IMG/VR virus record: IMGVR_UViG_3300027815_000008
DNA length: 64,000 nucleotides
Strand: one strand, 5' to 3'
Origin: an uncultured virus (IMG/VR IMGVR_UViG_3300027815_000008)
Taxonomy: Duplodnaviria > Heunggongvirae > Uroviricota > Caudoviricetes
This document shows, in pieces, positions 20,621 to 30,506 of the stretch. The notes beneath the pieces are model-generated. The model did not search any database. It had not been told where the DNA came from and worked only from the letters and a program-made list of their open reading frames with translations. Each line of letters opens with the position of its first letter. Position 1 is the first letter of the stretch. The translations under genes were made by a program, and so were the position numbers.

Positions 20621-20629
20621 GAGGGTGCC

Positions 20630-21187
20630 GTGAAAAACCGCCGTGTTTACGAGAACATGGTAACCGCCTTATTAAAGCGCCTCAAGGGCGTCGACCTGAA
20701 GGAAACCGTACACGGTACTTGGGTGGATGAGCAGACAGGGGAGTGCTGCCCTATTCTGGCTCCTATGAGGGACCTTATCAGGAGACTTCGGCTCAAAAGC
20801 CGGACCAAGCCCAAAGAGCCGGACATGCTCCCCCCTGTGACCAAGCAGATGATCCGATACGCCGTGGCGGCTCTGGGTTTACACTTCAGGACCGCAGAGA
20901 GGTTCGCACAGGAATTCGACTGTGCCGTAAATCTGGGGGAGCCTAAGGAGCAGGCAGTACTCTACGCTATTCGGGCCGCAGCCCTGTACGAAGAGAGGCA
21001 CTGGGGCACGGCTCATTTGATACCTCCTGTAGCCGTGTGTGCGCGCTGCGGCCTGATCATACGTATCGAGAACCGCAAACTTGTGTGGCACGTGGACCTC
21101 TTTGCTACGGGGCAGGTATGTCAGGCCAAGCCGGAGGAGTACAAGAAGCCGGAGCTTACCAGAGCGGACGACGATGCTGAGGACTAA
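20630..21187 (+). CDS. Hypothetical protein
   Basis: AGGAGG SD; 185 aa ORF in the operon. Confidence 0.6.
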   Translation: MKNRRVYENMVTALLKRLKGVDLKETVHGTWVDEQTGECCPILAPMRDLIRRLRLKSRTKPKEPDMLPPVTKQMIRYAVAALGLHFRTAERFAQEFDCAVNLGEPKEQAVLYAIRAAALYEERHWGTAHLIPPVAVCARCGLIIRIENRKLVWHVDLFATGQVCQAKPEEYKKPELTRADDDAED

Positions 21188-21192
21188 AGGTT

Positions 21193-21642
21193 ATGAAAGA
21201 TGACGGGCGGAAAAACGGAAATCCGAAGGACGCGATTGGCTCTGACAAGATTCCACTCCATCTGTGGCCCCAAACAGCTTCGGTGTTGGGTGCCTTGGCA
21301 ATGCTGGACGGCTGTTTGAAGTACGGCCGCGCGAACTACCGACCTGGTGGTGCGCGTGCATCGATCTACTACGATGCCGCCGTCCGGCACTTGACGGCCT
21401 GGTTCGAAGGCGAGGATGTAGACCCGGACAGCGGACTGCCGCATCTCGGGCATCTACTGGCTTGCGCAGCCATTCTGGTTGATGCGCAGGCCACCGGTAA
21501 CTTGACCGACGATAGGCAGTATCCAGGGGGGTACAGACAACTCGTCGAACAGATGACGCCACATGTCGCGCGTCTCAAGGCAAAGCACGCGGCACGAGAT
21601 CCGAAACACTACACCATCGAGGACGCACCAAAGGAGGCGTAG
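21193..21642 (+). CDS. dATP/dGTP diphosphohydrolase-like protein (DUF5664)
   Basis: NPKDAIGSDKIPLHLWP...GCLKYGRANYR...YYDAAVRHL.AWFEGEDVDPDSGLPHLGH. Confidence 0.85.
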   Translation: MKDDGRKNGNPKDAIGSDKIPLHLWPQTASVLGALAMLDGCLKYGRANYRPGGARASIYYDAAVRHLTAWFEGEDVDPDSGLPHLGHLLACAAILVDAQATGNLTDDRQYPGGYRQLVEQMTPHVARLKAKHAARDPKHYTIEDAPKEA

Positions 21643-21774
21643 GAGCTGACCCGGTACCCAAGACGCTTGATATCAAGCGTCTTGGGTACCGCATCAAGTC
21701 CCATTACGCCCGTTTTGATTTCGTGCAAGAACTTCCCGAATGGTATACTAGAGCTACCTTGAAGGAGGGGACCA

Positions 21775-22629
21775 ATGGCCACGCAACGCATATTCGTGAT
21801 ACAGGAGCCGTCCGGTGCGCACCCCAAGATGGAAACAACCGGAGAAGCCGGCCTGCCATCCAGTGGGATGTCGCTTTTCTACACCAGGAAGATACGCAAG
21901 CTCATGGCAACCCTTACCAACCCCAAGCTGCTCGCGGTCGTACCCAACTGGAACGTGGCGCGTGACTGCAACCAAATGTACCTACACATCGAGTCGGATG
22001 ACGTGTATACGGCCTCTGAGTTGCTCGATGCTGAGTTTGCGCCGTGAGTGTTCGCTGTTTCACGGACGGTAACAAAGGCATCTTGTGGGTCGAGGATGGC
22101 GTGTTTCACGCCCACAAACTCGACGACTTCTCGCCTAACGGTGACGAGTCCATTCTGATGCAGTGCCTGGCCCAGCTCTTTGCGCAGCACCCTACTTGGG
22201 AAGAAGCCTTCAACAACAAGGAGCTGGTCGACTGGTTCTGTGCTGTCGATGGGCACTACGAGTGGGATGTTCGTGACGGTCAGGTGGTGTGCGCGGAATG
22301 CGGCGAACCAGCTCAAGCCGAACTCGGTATCAGGCTTGTGCCCGTGAGTCTGCTTGATGCTGTACAAGCTGATCTGAGAGGTGTACTCGATGAACGACGT
22401 GCCGTGGAAGATAGTGCCCCTGGGCGGTCCCCTGGGGACCTTGGTGAGGCACAACCTGCACCTGTCGAACTACATGGTACTGACAACGCTGATTCGCACG
22501 CAGGGGGATCCAGGCAATATAAGCTTCTCGCTTGAAGCCGACCAATGCACGGTGTACAACACCGGCGTGACGACTGGCTATGCGATGCTCGCGTTCGTAT
22601 CGCTGGATATGAAGAAGCTCCTGCCATAG
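21775..22629 (+). CDS. Last + strand hypothetical ORFs (21775-22047, 22044-22535, 22381-22629; the last two overlap, boundaries uncertain)
   Basis: ORF track; AAGGAGG before 21775. Confidence 0.5.
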
Positions 22630-22640
22630 GGACAGGAGCT
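22616..22640. terminator. Hairpin at the convergence of the + and - gene blocks
   Basis: AGCTCCTG ... CAGGAGCT inverted repeat; no clear U tract. Confidence 0.4.
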
Positions 22641-22664
22641 CCCAACGCACCGAAACTAGCCGGG

Positions 22665-22835
22665 TCAGGCGCCCTTCGGAAAATACTTCTTCCGCCAGTC
22701 TCTCAGCGTGCTAATGCTCACCCCCAGCTCGTCGGATACCTGCTTGAGGCTACCCTTGACGGGCCTCTTCGGGAAGGCACGCTTGGTGGCGGCCTTACGT
22801 TTGGCTTCAGTGAGCTGGATTTTCTGGAATGCCAT
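22665..22835 (-). CDS. Small helix-turn-helix DNA-binding protein
   Basis: SLKQVSDELGVSISTLRDWRKKY; AAGGAGG before ATG 22835. Confidence 0.8.
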   Translation of the reverse strand: MAFQKIQLTEAKRKAATKRAFPKRPVKGSLKQVSDELGVSISTLRDWRKKYFPKGA

Positions 22836-22916
22836 TGTGTGATCCTCCTTGGAATACACGAAGCTCTGAAGCGTACAACGACAGGTAATGCGCGTCAAGC
22901 GCAACCTTCGGCTGGC

Positions 22917-23957
22917 CTAGTCCGTTTCGGAAAGACGCCTGCTGAGCCAGTCTCCGCCAGAAAAGAGTGCAGCACCGCCAAGAGCAGCTAGACCTGTACC
23001 CGGCCGAATACGTATCGGGCTCGAACCAAAGGTAGGTCCGTGGGGCGCAAAGCGCCTACCTGGGTTACGGCCTTTCAGTAGGTTCTTGAAAGTATTCATA
23101 GCGCCACTGCCCGCGTCACCCAAGGCGTTGCGTGTGGCGGCGCCGACACCGGCACCCAAGGCGGCCGTTGGAGCGTACCCAGGCTCTTCATTGTACTCGT
23201 CGGAGCGCTTGACCATTCTAGGGGGATCAAATGACAGCTCTGCGGCGTAGCGGTTGAGGGGCGCATTAGCGCCCTCTGGGGCTACTCCGGGAGAGGGAGC
23301 CATTTTGTGGCCTTCAAGCCTTCCGCCGTATAGCGGCACACGCTCTCCCCTACCCTGTGGGATAGTCGACTTCGGCGGCGCAGCGCCGGAGAATCCCATT
23401 GCGCGGGCTTGTTGAGCACCATGTCCTGCCTGTCCTTCTGCTGAGTACTGATTGACGTTGGCGGGGGCCGGTGAGGGGGAATACAACCGGGCCCGAGCGC
23501 CTGCTGCCGCCTGAGCAGTAGCAGTACCTGCCTCTTCTGCACGCACACCGGCTTGTACCTTCGAGTTCAACGCGTTGAAGCCGGAGTTGGTCATCTGTGC
23601 TAGTGGCGGGGCAGGTGTGGGGGTAAGTCCTATCCTCTGCGCGGCGCCACTGGCCCAGTTCTTGGCCTTGGCTAAGGCGCTCTGCATACCGGGTTGGGCC
23701 CGCTGCCACGCACCCTGCATAGCTGTGCCGGCCCGCTGGACCATCCCTGGGGCAGCCGCCATAGCCTTCTGGGCCATCGGCCTGAGTACATTAGCCGCCC
23801 CGGAGGCCAGAGCCTTGGCACCAGCACGTAGGGCCGGGTTGGACAGGGCAGCCGCCCCGGCCCCGGCCAGGCCCATTCCCAAGAGTTGCGGGATAAACGC
23901 CTGCTTGGTTATGGCGTCCCAGCCCTCCAGATCACATCTCAACTCCGGGGCGGCCAT
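22917..23957 (-). CDS. Ala/Gly-rich putative internal virion protein
   Basis: Low complexity, hydrophobic Gly segments, TKQAF motif. Confidence 0.6.
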   Translation of the reverse strand: MAAPELRCDLEGWDAITKQAFIPQLLGMGLAGAGAAALSNPALRAGAKALASGAANVLRPMAQKAMAAAPGMVQRAGTAMQGAWQRAQPGMQSALAKAKNWASGAAQRIGLTPTPAPPLAQMTNSGFNALNSKVQAGVRAEEAGTATAQAAAGARARLYSPSPAPANVNQYSAEGQAGHGAQQARAMGFSGAAPPKSTIPQGRGERVPLYGGRLEGHKMAPSPGVAPEGANAPLNRYAAELSFDPPRMVKRSDEYNEEPGYAPTAALGAGVGAATRNALGDAGSGAMNTFKNLLKGRNPGRRFAPHGPTFGSSPIRIRPGTGLAALGGAALFSGGDWLSRRLSETD

Positions 23958-25664
23958 CTACCCTCCCCCAAAGAAGCCAGAGAACATTCCCGGTTCCGGC
24001 GGCGGCGGGGCCGGGTTCAGGGACTGCGTAAGAGGACTAGCACCTCTTTGTATCTGCGTCTTACCTTCCCGTTGTATGCCTGCGTGTGGGGCCGCGTGCC
24101 TCTTGAAGAACTCAATACCGGTACGGTCACCGATAGCGCCGGAAGCGGCACCGACTCCCCGGTCGAACGAAGCCCGAGCCCTCGCCAGCATACCCGGGTC
24201 CTGTACACCGGTGATCTGGGGGACCGTGGAATGAATCATCTGCCCGACTTCTCTGTTCAGCCCATGTCCAGCAATCTGTGCAGCACCGCCAGCAGCGTCA
24301 CCGGCCAACCCGATTCCCTTACCAAGCATACGTGCGCCCGACCCTATGATACCCTGGCGGCCATGTCCCCAGTCCTGGAGGGCTTGACCCGCGCGCTGTC
24401 CAGCAGAACGGAGGCCGCCAGAGGCCATCCTGGTACCGCTAGCTATCCCGCCCGCAAGGGTTTGAAGCCCCCGTCGCATAATACCCTCACCCCCGGAGCC
24501 GCCCCAGTGCGAGATGGCCTGCATAGCGGGTACCGCCAGTGAGGAGAGCATGCCGGCGTCCTTCTCTATCTCGTCCGGTAAAGCGTAGAGCTGCCACCAG
24601 AGGGGCATCTCCGCCGCAGCCTTGGTGCGCGTCATCTTGCTGCCCTGGTCCATGTGGTCCTGCCGTTTACCTGCCCGGTAGCCTTCCAGGTCCTCTGACT
24701 CGAGGTCCGTGCGGCCTCGTTCCCGGTTGGTCAGCAGATGGCTTAGCCCGGAGAGGCCCAGACCCGCACCGCCACCCAGGAGAGCCCCAAGAAGGGCTCC
24801 CTTGCCACCACCGGCTGCAGCACCCCATCCGGCCCCGCCCAGGCCACCAAGCCCAGAGGAGAGCAGGTGGTTCAGGGGGTCATAAGTGGCCGGAACATCC
24901 GTGGACACGCTCATCGGGGACGTACCCGGTAGGTGCGCGGGCTTACCGCCCTTCAAGCGACCCGTATTCTGCGTCTCCTCAAGCTCGTCAACGCCACGAG
25001 AACGTGCCCTGGCGGTCAGGAGATCTGCTAGCCCCGCAATGCCAAGGCCCCCCAGACCTCCAATACCGCCACCCAGAAGCGCGCCACCGGGCCCACCAGC
25101 CATACCCCCGACACCGGCTCCGGCCAGGCCATACAGCCCACTGATACCCGGGTAGGCGAGCATACGATCCATTCGCTTGGGAACGATGACGGAATGGCCT
25201 CCCCCGGAGAGAGTAGTCTCGTTTATTTCCTGACCTTCTGGACCGAAACGCCGTGATTCCTTTATGAAGGGCACGACCAATGCCAGGTTTGCCTCGAACT
25301 CGGACGCGGTTTTAGCGTCATGATTTCGGTACTCGCTCCACGTCGGTGCGCGTACAGGCATAGGCACCGTACCTGCATCCACATCGAAGTGCGTAGAGTA
25401 CGCAAACTCCGCGGTCTTGCGCACGAGCGTGGTTTCATGAATCTCTGCGTTGGGATTTTTCATTGAAGGCGGAACCTTCTTCCGCGTGACTTGATGAAAG
25501 TGGGCTTCTCCAGGTTGCCCCAAAGGCTGCGGAGGCGGCTGTGCCGGGGCCTGGGGCTGTGCGGTGTTGGCTCCGGACATGTCTACGGCCCAAGGGTTCT
25601 CGCCTACACCGGACTGCATATCCTCACCGTAAGCCTGCTTTGCCAGTTCACGGATACCCATCAC
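23958..25664 (-). CDS. Gly-zipper-rich putative internal virion or ejection protein
   Basis: Two related GxxxG-rich hydrophobic tracts ending LLT.R.R.R; KQA, KTA, KAA and KDA motifs. Confidence 0.65.
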   Translation of the reverse strand: MMGIRELAKQAYGEDMQSGVGENPWAVDMSGANTAQPQAPAQPPPQPLGQPGEAHFHQVTRKKVPPSMKNPNAEIHETTLVRKTAEFAYSTHFDVDAGTVPMPVRAPTWSEYRNHDAKTASEFEANLALVVPFIKESRRFGPEGQEINETTLSGGGHSVIVPKRMDRMLAYPGISGLYGLAGAGVGGMAGGPGGALLGGGIGGLGGLGIAGLADLLTARARSRGVDELEETQNTGRLKGGKPAHLPGTSPMSVSTDVPATYDPLNHLLSSGLGGLGGAGWGAAAGGGKGALLGALLGGGAGLGLSGLSHLLTNRERGRTDLESEDLEGYRAGKRQDHMDQGSKMTRTKAAAEMPLWWQLYALPDEIEKDAGMLSSLAVPAMQAISHWGGSGGEGIMRRGLQTLAGGIASGTRMASGGLRSAGQRAGQALQDWGHGRQGIIGSGARMLGKGIGLAGDAAGGAAQIAGHGLNREVGQMIHSTVPQITGVQDPGMLARARASFDRGVGAASGAIGDRTGIEFFKRHAAPHAGIQREGKTQIQRGASPLTQSLNPAPPPPEPGMFSGFFGGG

Positions 25665-25746
25665 GCTCTCCTTTTCATTTCCTAACGCTTTTCCAGTGTA
25701 GCCCGGCAGCAGCCCTTCGGTCCATATAGTAGCTTGAACTACTGTT

Positions 25747-26527
25747 TCAATCGTCTCCGGCGTCCGTACTAGACTCGCTAGCTAGAATCTCCAGGTCGTG
25801 CGCGTCGTATGCCGGTGGGTCGTTAGGTACGAAATTATTCTCGATCTCATCGAGTTTATCGTCGTCAACGATCTCGTACTCGACCCACTCACAGAACAGC
25901 TGTACCGGTCCGGACTTGTTCTCTATGAACTGCTTCAACGTGAAGCCCAACAGCCCTCGGTGCTCCAGGGCACGTAACCGGTTGTACTCAACGTTGTCAG
26001 GTTCTCGAGAGAGCGTAAGAAGCTTTGACCCGAAGCCGTCCTTCTTTATGACCATCCGCGGTTCAGGCTTCTGAAACGGCTGTGCCATCGCTATCCACCT
26101 CCACGACCTTACCGGAAGTCCTACAAACCGGGCAGCGCTCGACCTCACACTTCACATTCTGCCGGGTGCCAGAGAGTTTGGCCCCAAGGTAGCCCATACC
26201 GTTACAACGAGGACAAACCATGGGGACAACATCCAGGTCCTCACCGGGACCCCAAGCGTCAAATGATACGTATCTCGGCATATCCCGCCACCCTGTTTGG
26301 TCTACTTACGTACGAGAAAACGAGCATGATTACTTCTTCGGCGCGCAGGCCGATTCAGAGACCGTGATTGTGCTATCCCCAGTATCGATCACGAGCTGTC
26401 CTTCGGCCGCTTTCTTCACGATGCCGAAGCGGCCCTTGAATGCGCCGGCTACGATCTCGACCTGTTCATCGACCTGTGGTAGGTCGGCATACTTGATCAT
26501 TCCGGTATCAGTATCGAACTTCGACAT
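25747..26527 (-). CDS. Three small genes: hypothetical (25747-about 26088), Zn-ribbon protein (26063-26281), KOW-motif protein (26330-26527)
   Basis: CPRCNGMG...CPVCRTSG; VEIVAGAFKGRFGIV. Confidence 0.65.
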
Positions 26528-27624
26528 CAGCGTTCTCCTCCCATTACACGGGCGGGGCGGTCTGTGACTGTACTATTCATTCTACCGCCCTCAAGCCGAT
26601 GAATGCCTTCCAAACCAAAGTGCGGCGCGAGAATGGTATGGGAGACCGGGTGTCCAGCACTGTAGTCAAGTTTCTGCCACTCTCGAAGGTCGGCAGGGCT
26701 TGGCTGCACAGCCTGGGTAGCATCCTGGGATATCTCTCGAAGTCTAATTGCTACGCGCTGCTTGACCTCTTCACGTGCCCCATCCAGGTTCCCAAGGTAG
26801 GGGTGCGTGTGGATATTCTTCGTGGTATTTGGCCTGCCTGTGGGCGTGTCGATGCCCCCCTTGTGTTTGGCTTTGGTGTACTCGGCATGGCCGGTAGCAT
26901 CTTCTGTCGCCCCCCGTTCGTAGCTATGGTCCGCGTCACGGCGGGCACCCTTTTCGGCTATAAGCTTCCGGAGGACCTCTCTATTGGGCCCTCCAGAGGC
27001 CTCTGCCTGCTCGTCAGAAAGGCGTTGAACACTGCGTAGCAACGCTTCCTTGACCATTACCTTGAAGACGAGCTCCGCAGCAGAAGATTGTTTCTTCGGG
27101 CCCAGAAGCCTATCTACACCACGACCTAGCGCCTCGCCTACGTGCTCGCCGCCTAATTCTAATGCACCAGCTGTGCCGAACCCTATTCTTGGATGATACC
27201 CGCCAGCCAGACCTGCAAGCTCGCCCGCAGTACCGAGAACCTTCTCCCCGGTCCCCTTGTTTGGGTCGTTGAGCCGCTGGTACGTCGAGTGCGCCGCGTA
27301 CGGTACGGTAAACCCGTACGCCAGTGTGGGAAGCATGTGCTCCCCGGAGAGTGGATTATACCCAGGTTGGAATGGGCGCTTGAATGTCTCGCCGACACCC
27401 TGTCCGAATTGCTTGAGTGCCCCGCCGACACCGTGTTGACGTACGGACTGGACGGCGTGTCGAACGTCGTCGGCAGTCTGCCCCATAGGGTTCAGCTCGT
27501 GTTTAGCCTGTTGCCAGGCCGCCGCGGGGTTGCCCTTACCGCGGGCCAGCACATGTGCTACGAACTCCCCGGCTGTGGGCAGGGCCGCCAACAGCCCGCC
27601 AAGCTTATGAAAGCTGTGCCTCAC
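26527..27624 (-). CDS. Putative virion protein with C-terminal JAB/MPN-like module
   Basis: E...NIHTHP...QPSPADL after a VMVKEAL junction. Confidence 0.55.
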   Translation of the reverse strand: MRHSFHKLGGLLAALPTAGEFVAHVLARGKGNPAAAWQQAKHELNPMGQTADDVRHAVQSVRQHGVGGALKQFGQGVGETFKRPFQPGYNPLSGEHMLPTLAYGFTVPYAAHSTYQRLNDPNKGTGEKVLGTAGELAGLAGGYHPRIGFGTAGALELGGEHVGEALGRGVDRLLGPKKQSSAAELVFKVMVKEALLRSVQRLSDEQAEASGGPNREVLRKLIAEKGARRDADHSYERGATEDATGHAEYTKAKHKGGIDTPTGRPNTTKNIHTHPYLGNLDGAREEVKQRVAIRLREISQDATQAVQPSPADLREWQKLDYSAGHPVSHTILAPHFGLEGIHRLEGGRMNSTVTDRPARVMGGER

Positions 27625-28925
27625 AGGCCACCTCCGAAGGCGTGTGGGCCGAACTCACTCACCGGAGGGGGCGTGAGTGAGGGCAGCTCACGCTTTTCAT
27701 ATTCCTGAGCCTTGGTAGCAGACCGCAATGTCTCCTCCTTGCGTTTCCGGCGCAACTCGAGCATCAACTGCGACATCCTGGATAGGTTCGGAGTGTCCAG
27801 GTGACGTTCCGTACGAAGCACATCCGGGAACTTGTTCAGCTCGTTCTCCGTCTCGTCGGTGAGGGATGCGTTGATGCGACCATTGTTAGGCATAGCGGAT
27901 TTTTTGAGGGCCTTTATCGCCGCCATTGCGAGCAGCGGCGGGAGTGTGCCCAGTGCACCCCACCCCAGGGAGCGTCCTGCATCCTTGAGTGCCGTCGGCG
28001 TATCGATATAGCCCTTGGCGCGGTTGTAGGCTGCCCCAGCGACACCACCAGCCGTCATCCCTGCGAGTGGGGCCAGTAACGCGGCAAGCGCTAACGAGGG
28101 CCTAGAGTTCTTAGCGCGCGCTGCCGCTGCCATCAAACCTACTCCACCAGCAGCTCCCAGATAACTACCGTAGGACGGGAAGAGCGTATCCCCGATACCG
28201 TGTTCTTCTCCCGGTTTAACGGCCTTGCTGGCGCCGATATTAGCCTGCCCTTCATCATGAAGGTTCACGAGGTGCCTCGCACCCGGACCAGCCATACCGG
28301 CCAACATGCGGATACCAGCTCGCGGTAAGCTTCCCTGTATATCAGACGCGTGTCCCAGTTCATGTAGCCCTATCGCAGGACTGTCCGTATACACGCGCAC
28401 GGAATGCGAGAAGGGATCGTAATGATCGGCGTAGCTCAACGCTGTCCCCGGTGTTTGCGGAGATTCAAGCACCGTACGCGTGAGCTTGCTAGGTAGGGAC
28501 GTCTCTTTGTTTCTCCACATGTTCCTGAATGACTCGAGCACGTTGTGCTGCCCAAGTTGAAGTGAGAGGCCCTTGAGTTCTGGTCGGCTCTTCATCTCCT
28601 CCACCAGCCGGGCCTTGGTCTCGTCGGAAATGGGATTCTTCTCCCCACCTTCACCACGCGGTATGATGCGCATGTGGGGCCGCGTTATATCTACCAAAGT
28701 GCGCAGGCCCGTGTTGAGTGCGTGCTCATCGGGGTGGTACACACGTTTATCTTCGGCATCACGACGAAGTGCTTCTTTCACAAGTACACCAAACATCGCC
28801 TTCTTCACGCGCTCGGGGATGTTCTTCGGGGTGTCCGACTCCCACTCGTCGATCGTGCTTTGGTCCATCTTTCCCTGCGCCTTGAGGCTATAGAACTTCC
28901 GCCTCTGGGCACGTGAACGAAACAT
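27621..28925 (-). CDS. Putative virion protein with zincin (YugP-like) metallopeptidase module
   Basis: DHYDP...AIGLHELGHASD...HDEGQAN; hydrophobic Gly/Ala helices follow. Confidence 0.7.
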   Translation of the reverse strand: MFRSRAQRRKFYSLKAQGKMDQSTIDEWESDTPKNIPERVKKAMFGVLVKEALRRDAEDKRVYHPDEHALNTGLRTLVDITRPHMRIIPRGEGGEKNPISDETKARLVEEMKSRPELKGLSLQLGQHNVLESFRNMWRNKETSLPSKLTRTVLESPQTPGTALSYADHYDPFSHSVRVYTDSPAIGLHELGHASDIQGSLPRAGIRMLAGMAGPGARHLVNLHDEGQANIGASKAVKPGEEHGIGDTLFPSYGSYLGAAGGVGLMAAAARAKNSRPSLALAALLAPLAGMTAGGVAGAAYNRAKGYIDTPTALKDAGRSLGWGALGTLPPLLAMAAIKALKKSAMPNNGRINASLTDETENELNKFPDVLRTERHLDTPNLSRMSQLMLELRRKRKEETLRSATKAQEYEKRELPSLTPPPVSEFGPHAFGGGL

Positions 28926-28961
28926 TAAGCCAGAACACCCCTCAGATAGTAGTTCGAACTA

Positions 28962-30506
28962 CTACGTCCGAACCGTGGTCTCTGTCCCGCAGATATCCTT
29001 CTCCATCTTCCCGTACTCCCGTTCAATCTTTTCCCGCAGCTTGCGGCCGGAGAGCTTGTCGTCGAGGAGCGTGCCATAGATCGCACACTCGGCGTGGTTC
29101 TGCGGCATCAAACACGGACCATCAGCCTGCCCGCACTTCGGTCCCTGGAGACCCGAGGCCTCTACGTGGGGGCAGTTATCCTCCTGCGCGACCTGGTTCA
29201 AGATCTGCCCGGACTCCGCGATCACATCCGCTAGTCGGTAGTGCTCAACCTTGTAGGGCTTGGCGAGGATCTTGGGTACCTGACAGGCCACAGCACCCGG
29301 TATCCACTCGTTGAACTGCCGACCGCAGACTACCAGACCGGTAGCAGCACGCTGCCCCTTGTCGTCCATATAAGCAACTGGCGCGTCGATCCCCATCAGG
29401 TTGCAGCGCTTCTCTTCGAGGTCAAAGTGCGTGCAGCACTTCGATTCTTTGGCCTTCACAGTTGGCTCTGACATTTACGTACCTACCCTTTGTCCGAGGG
29501 ACGGATTCGTCCCCACATTCGTGTTCTCATGCTCCCACAAGAATACGGCGCAGTGCTGCACCCTTCTCACGGTATCCCAAACGCTTCTTCAACGCATCCT
29601 CGCCGGCTTCATTCTTGACACCAATAGCTGCGTGTTCTTTCTCTTCGGCTTCTTCAAGCCGCTTGAGCTGCCGTGCTTCGACCTCTGGATCCATGCCCAG
29701 CTTCTCCAGCACGTGCCCAAGGAACAGCATTCCGACGTCCGAGCCAGTTTTCTCGTTGTTCTTGAGCTGGTCGTATTTCTGCGGGATGCCGTCCTCGTTG
29801 GCTTTGAGGCCCAGACCGGGTCTCTGCCTGTCCTTCCGGAGTGCGTTGAGGGTCAGCGCACCGGGACTCTTGACCGCCGGTACCTCCTGGTTCCGTCCCT
29901 TCAAGCCTTCGATAAGCTGCCCGATGGCGTTGCCTCCAAAGCCTTCGTGGGACATGTGTCCGTGCATCGTACGAGGGTACGGGTTGGGGTCCGATTCCCC
30001 AGGGTCGTGTACGACGGCACCATCTCCAACCTCACCGACCGCGGAGGCGAGCACCGTACGTAAGAGTGCACCTGTATGGGCTAACTTGTTCATCGCGTAG
30101 ACCCTCCTCTGGGTTTCATGACACCTGTACTCTGACTGCGTGCCGTGCCCCCAGGTGCCGTAACGGGTCTAGGTGCCATAGGCTTGGCGGTCATCGGTTT
30201 GGTTGACGGCGGCTTGTTAGCTTGAACACCGGGAAGCGGTGTCGCTTGAGCTCCGGACGGCGTACTTGCACCCAGTGGTGCTGGGGCGGGTGGGGCAGAC
30301 ATAGGTTGAGCCGGGGGAGGGGGTATAGGGGGCGGTGCCGGGGGAGCCGGCGCAATCAGTCCCCCATTCATAACCGTATTTGTCGGCGCCAGTCCGTTAT
30401 TCATCCGGTTCATGGAGGGGGTAGGTAAAGACATGAAAGCGCTCTTCTCGAAGTCCGAGAAAGCAGCCCGCATTCCCTCCAGGAAGTAGTCTGCAGCAGT
30501 TTTCAT
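28962..30506 (-). CDS. Three hypothetical genes: Cys-rich 28962-29474, 29527-30093, Pro-rich 30090-30506
   Basis: Co-oriented ORFs; MNKLA, MKTAA and EKSAF motifs. Confidence 0.6.

Noticed and set aside
22665..22835. HTH as an IS3-type transposase orfA
   Set aside because: No DDE orfB or terminal inverted repeats nearby.
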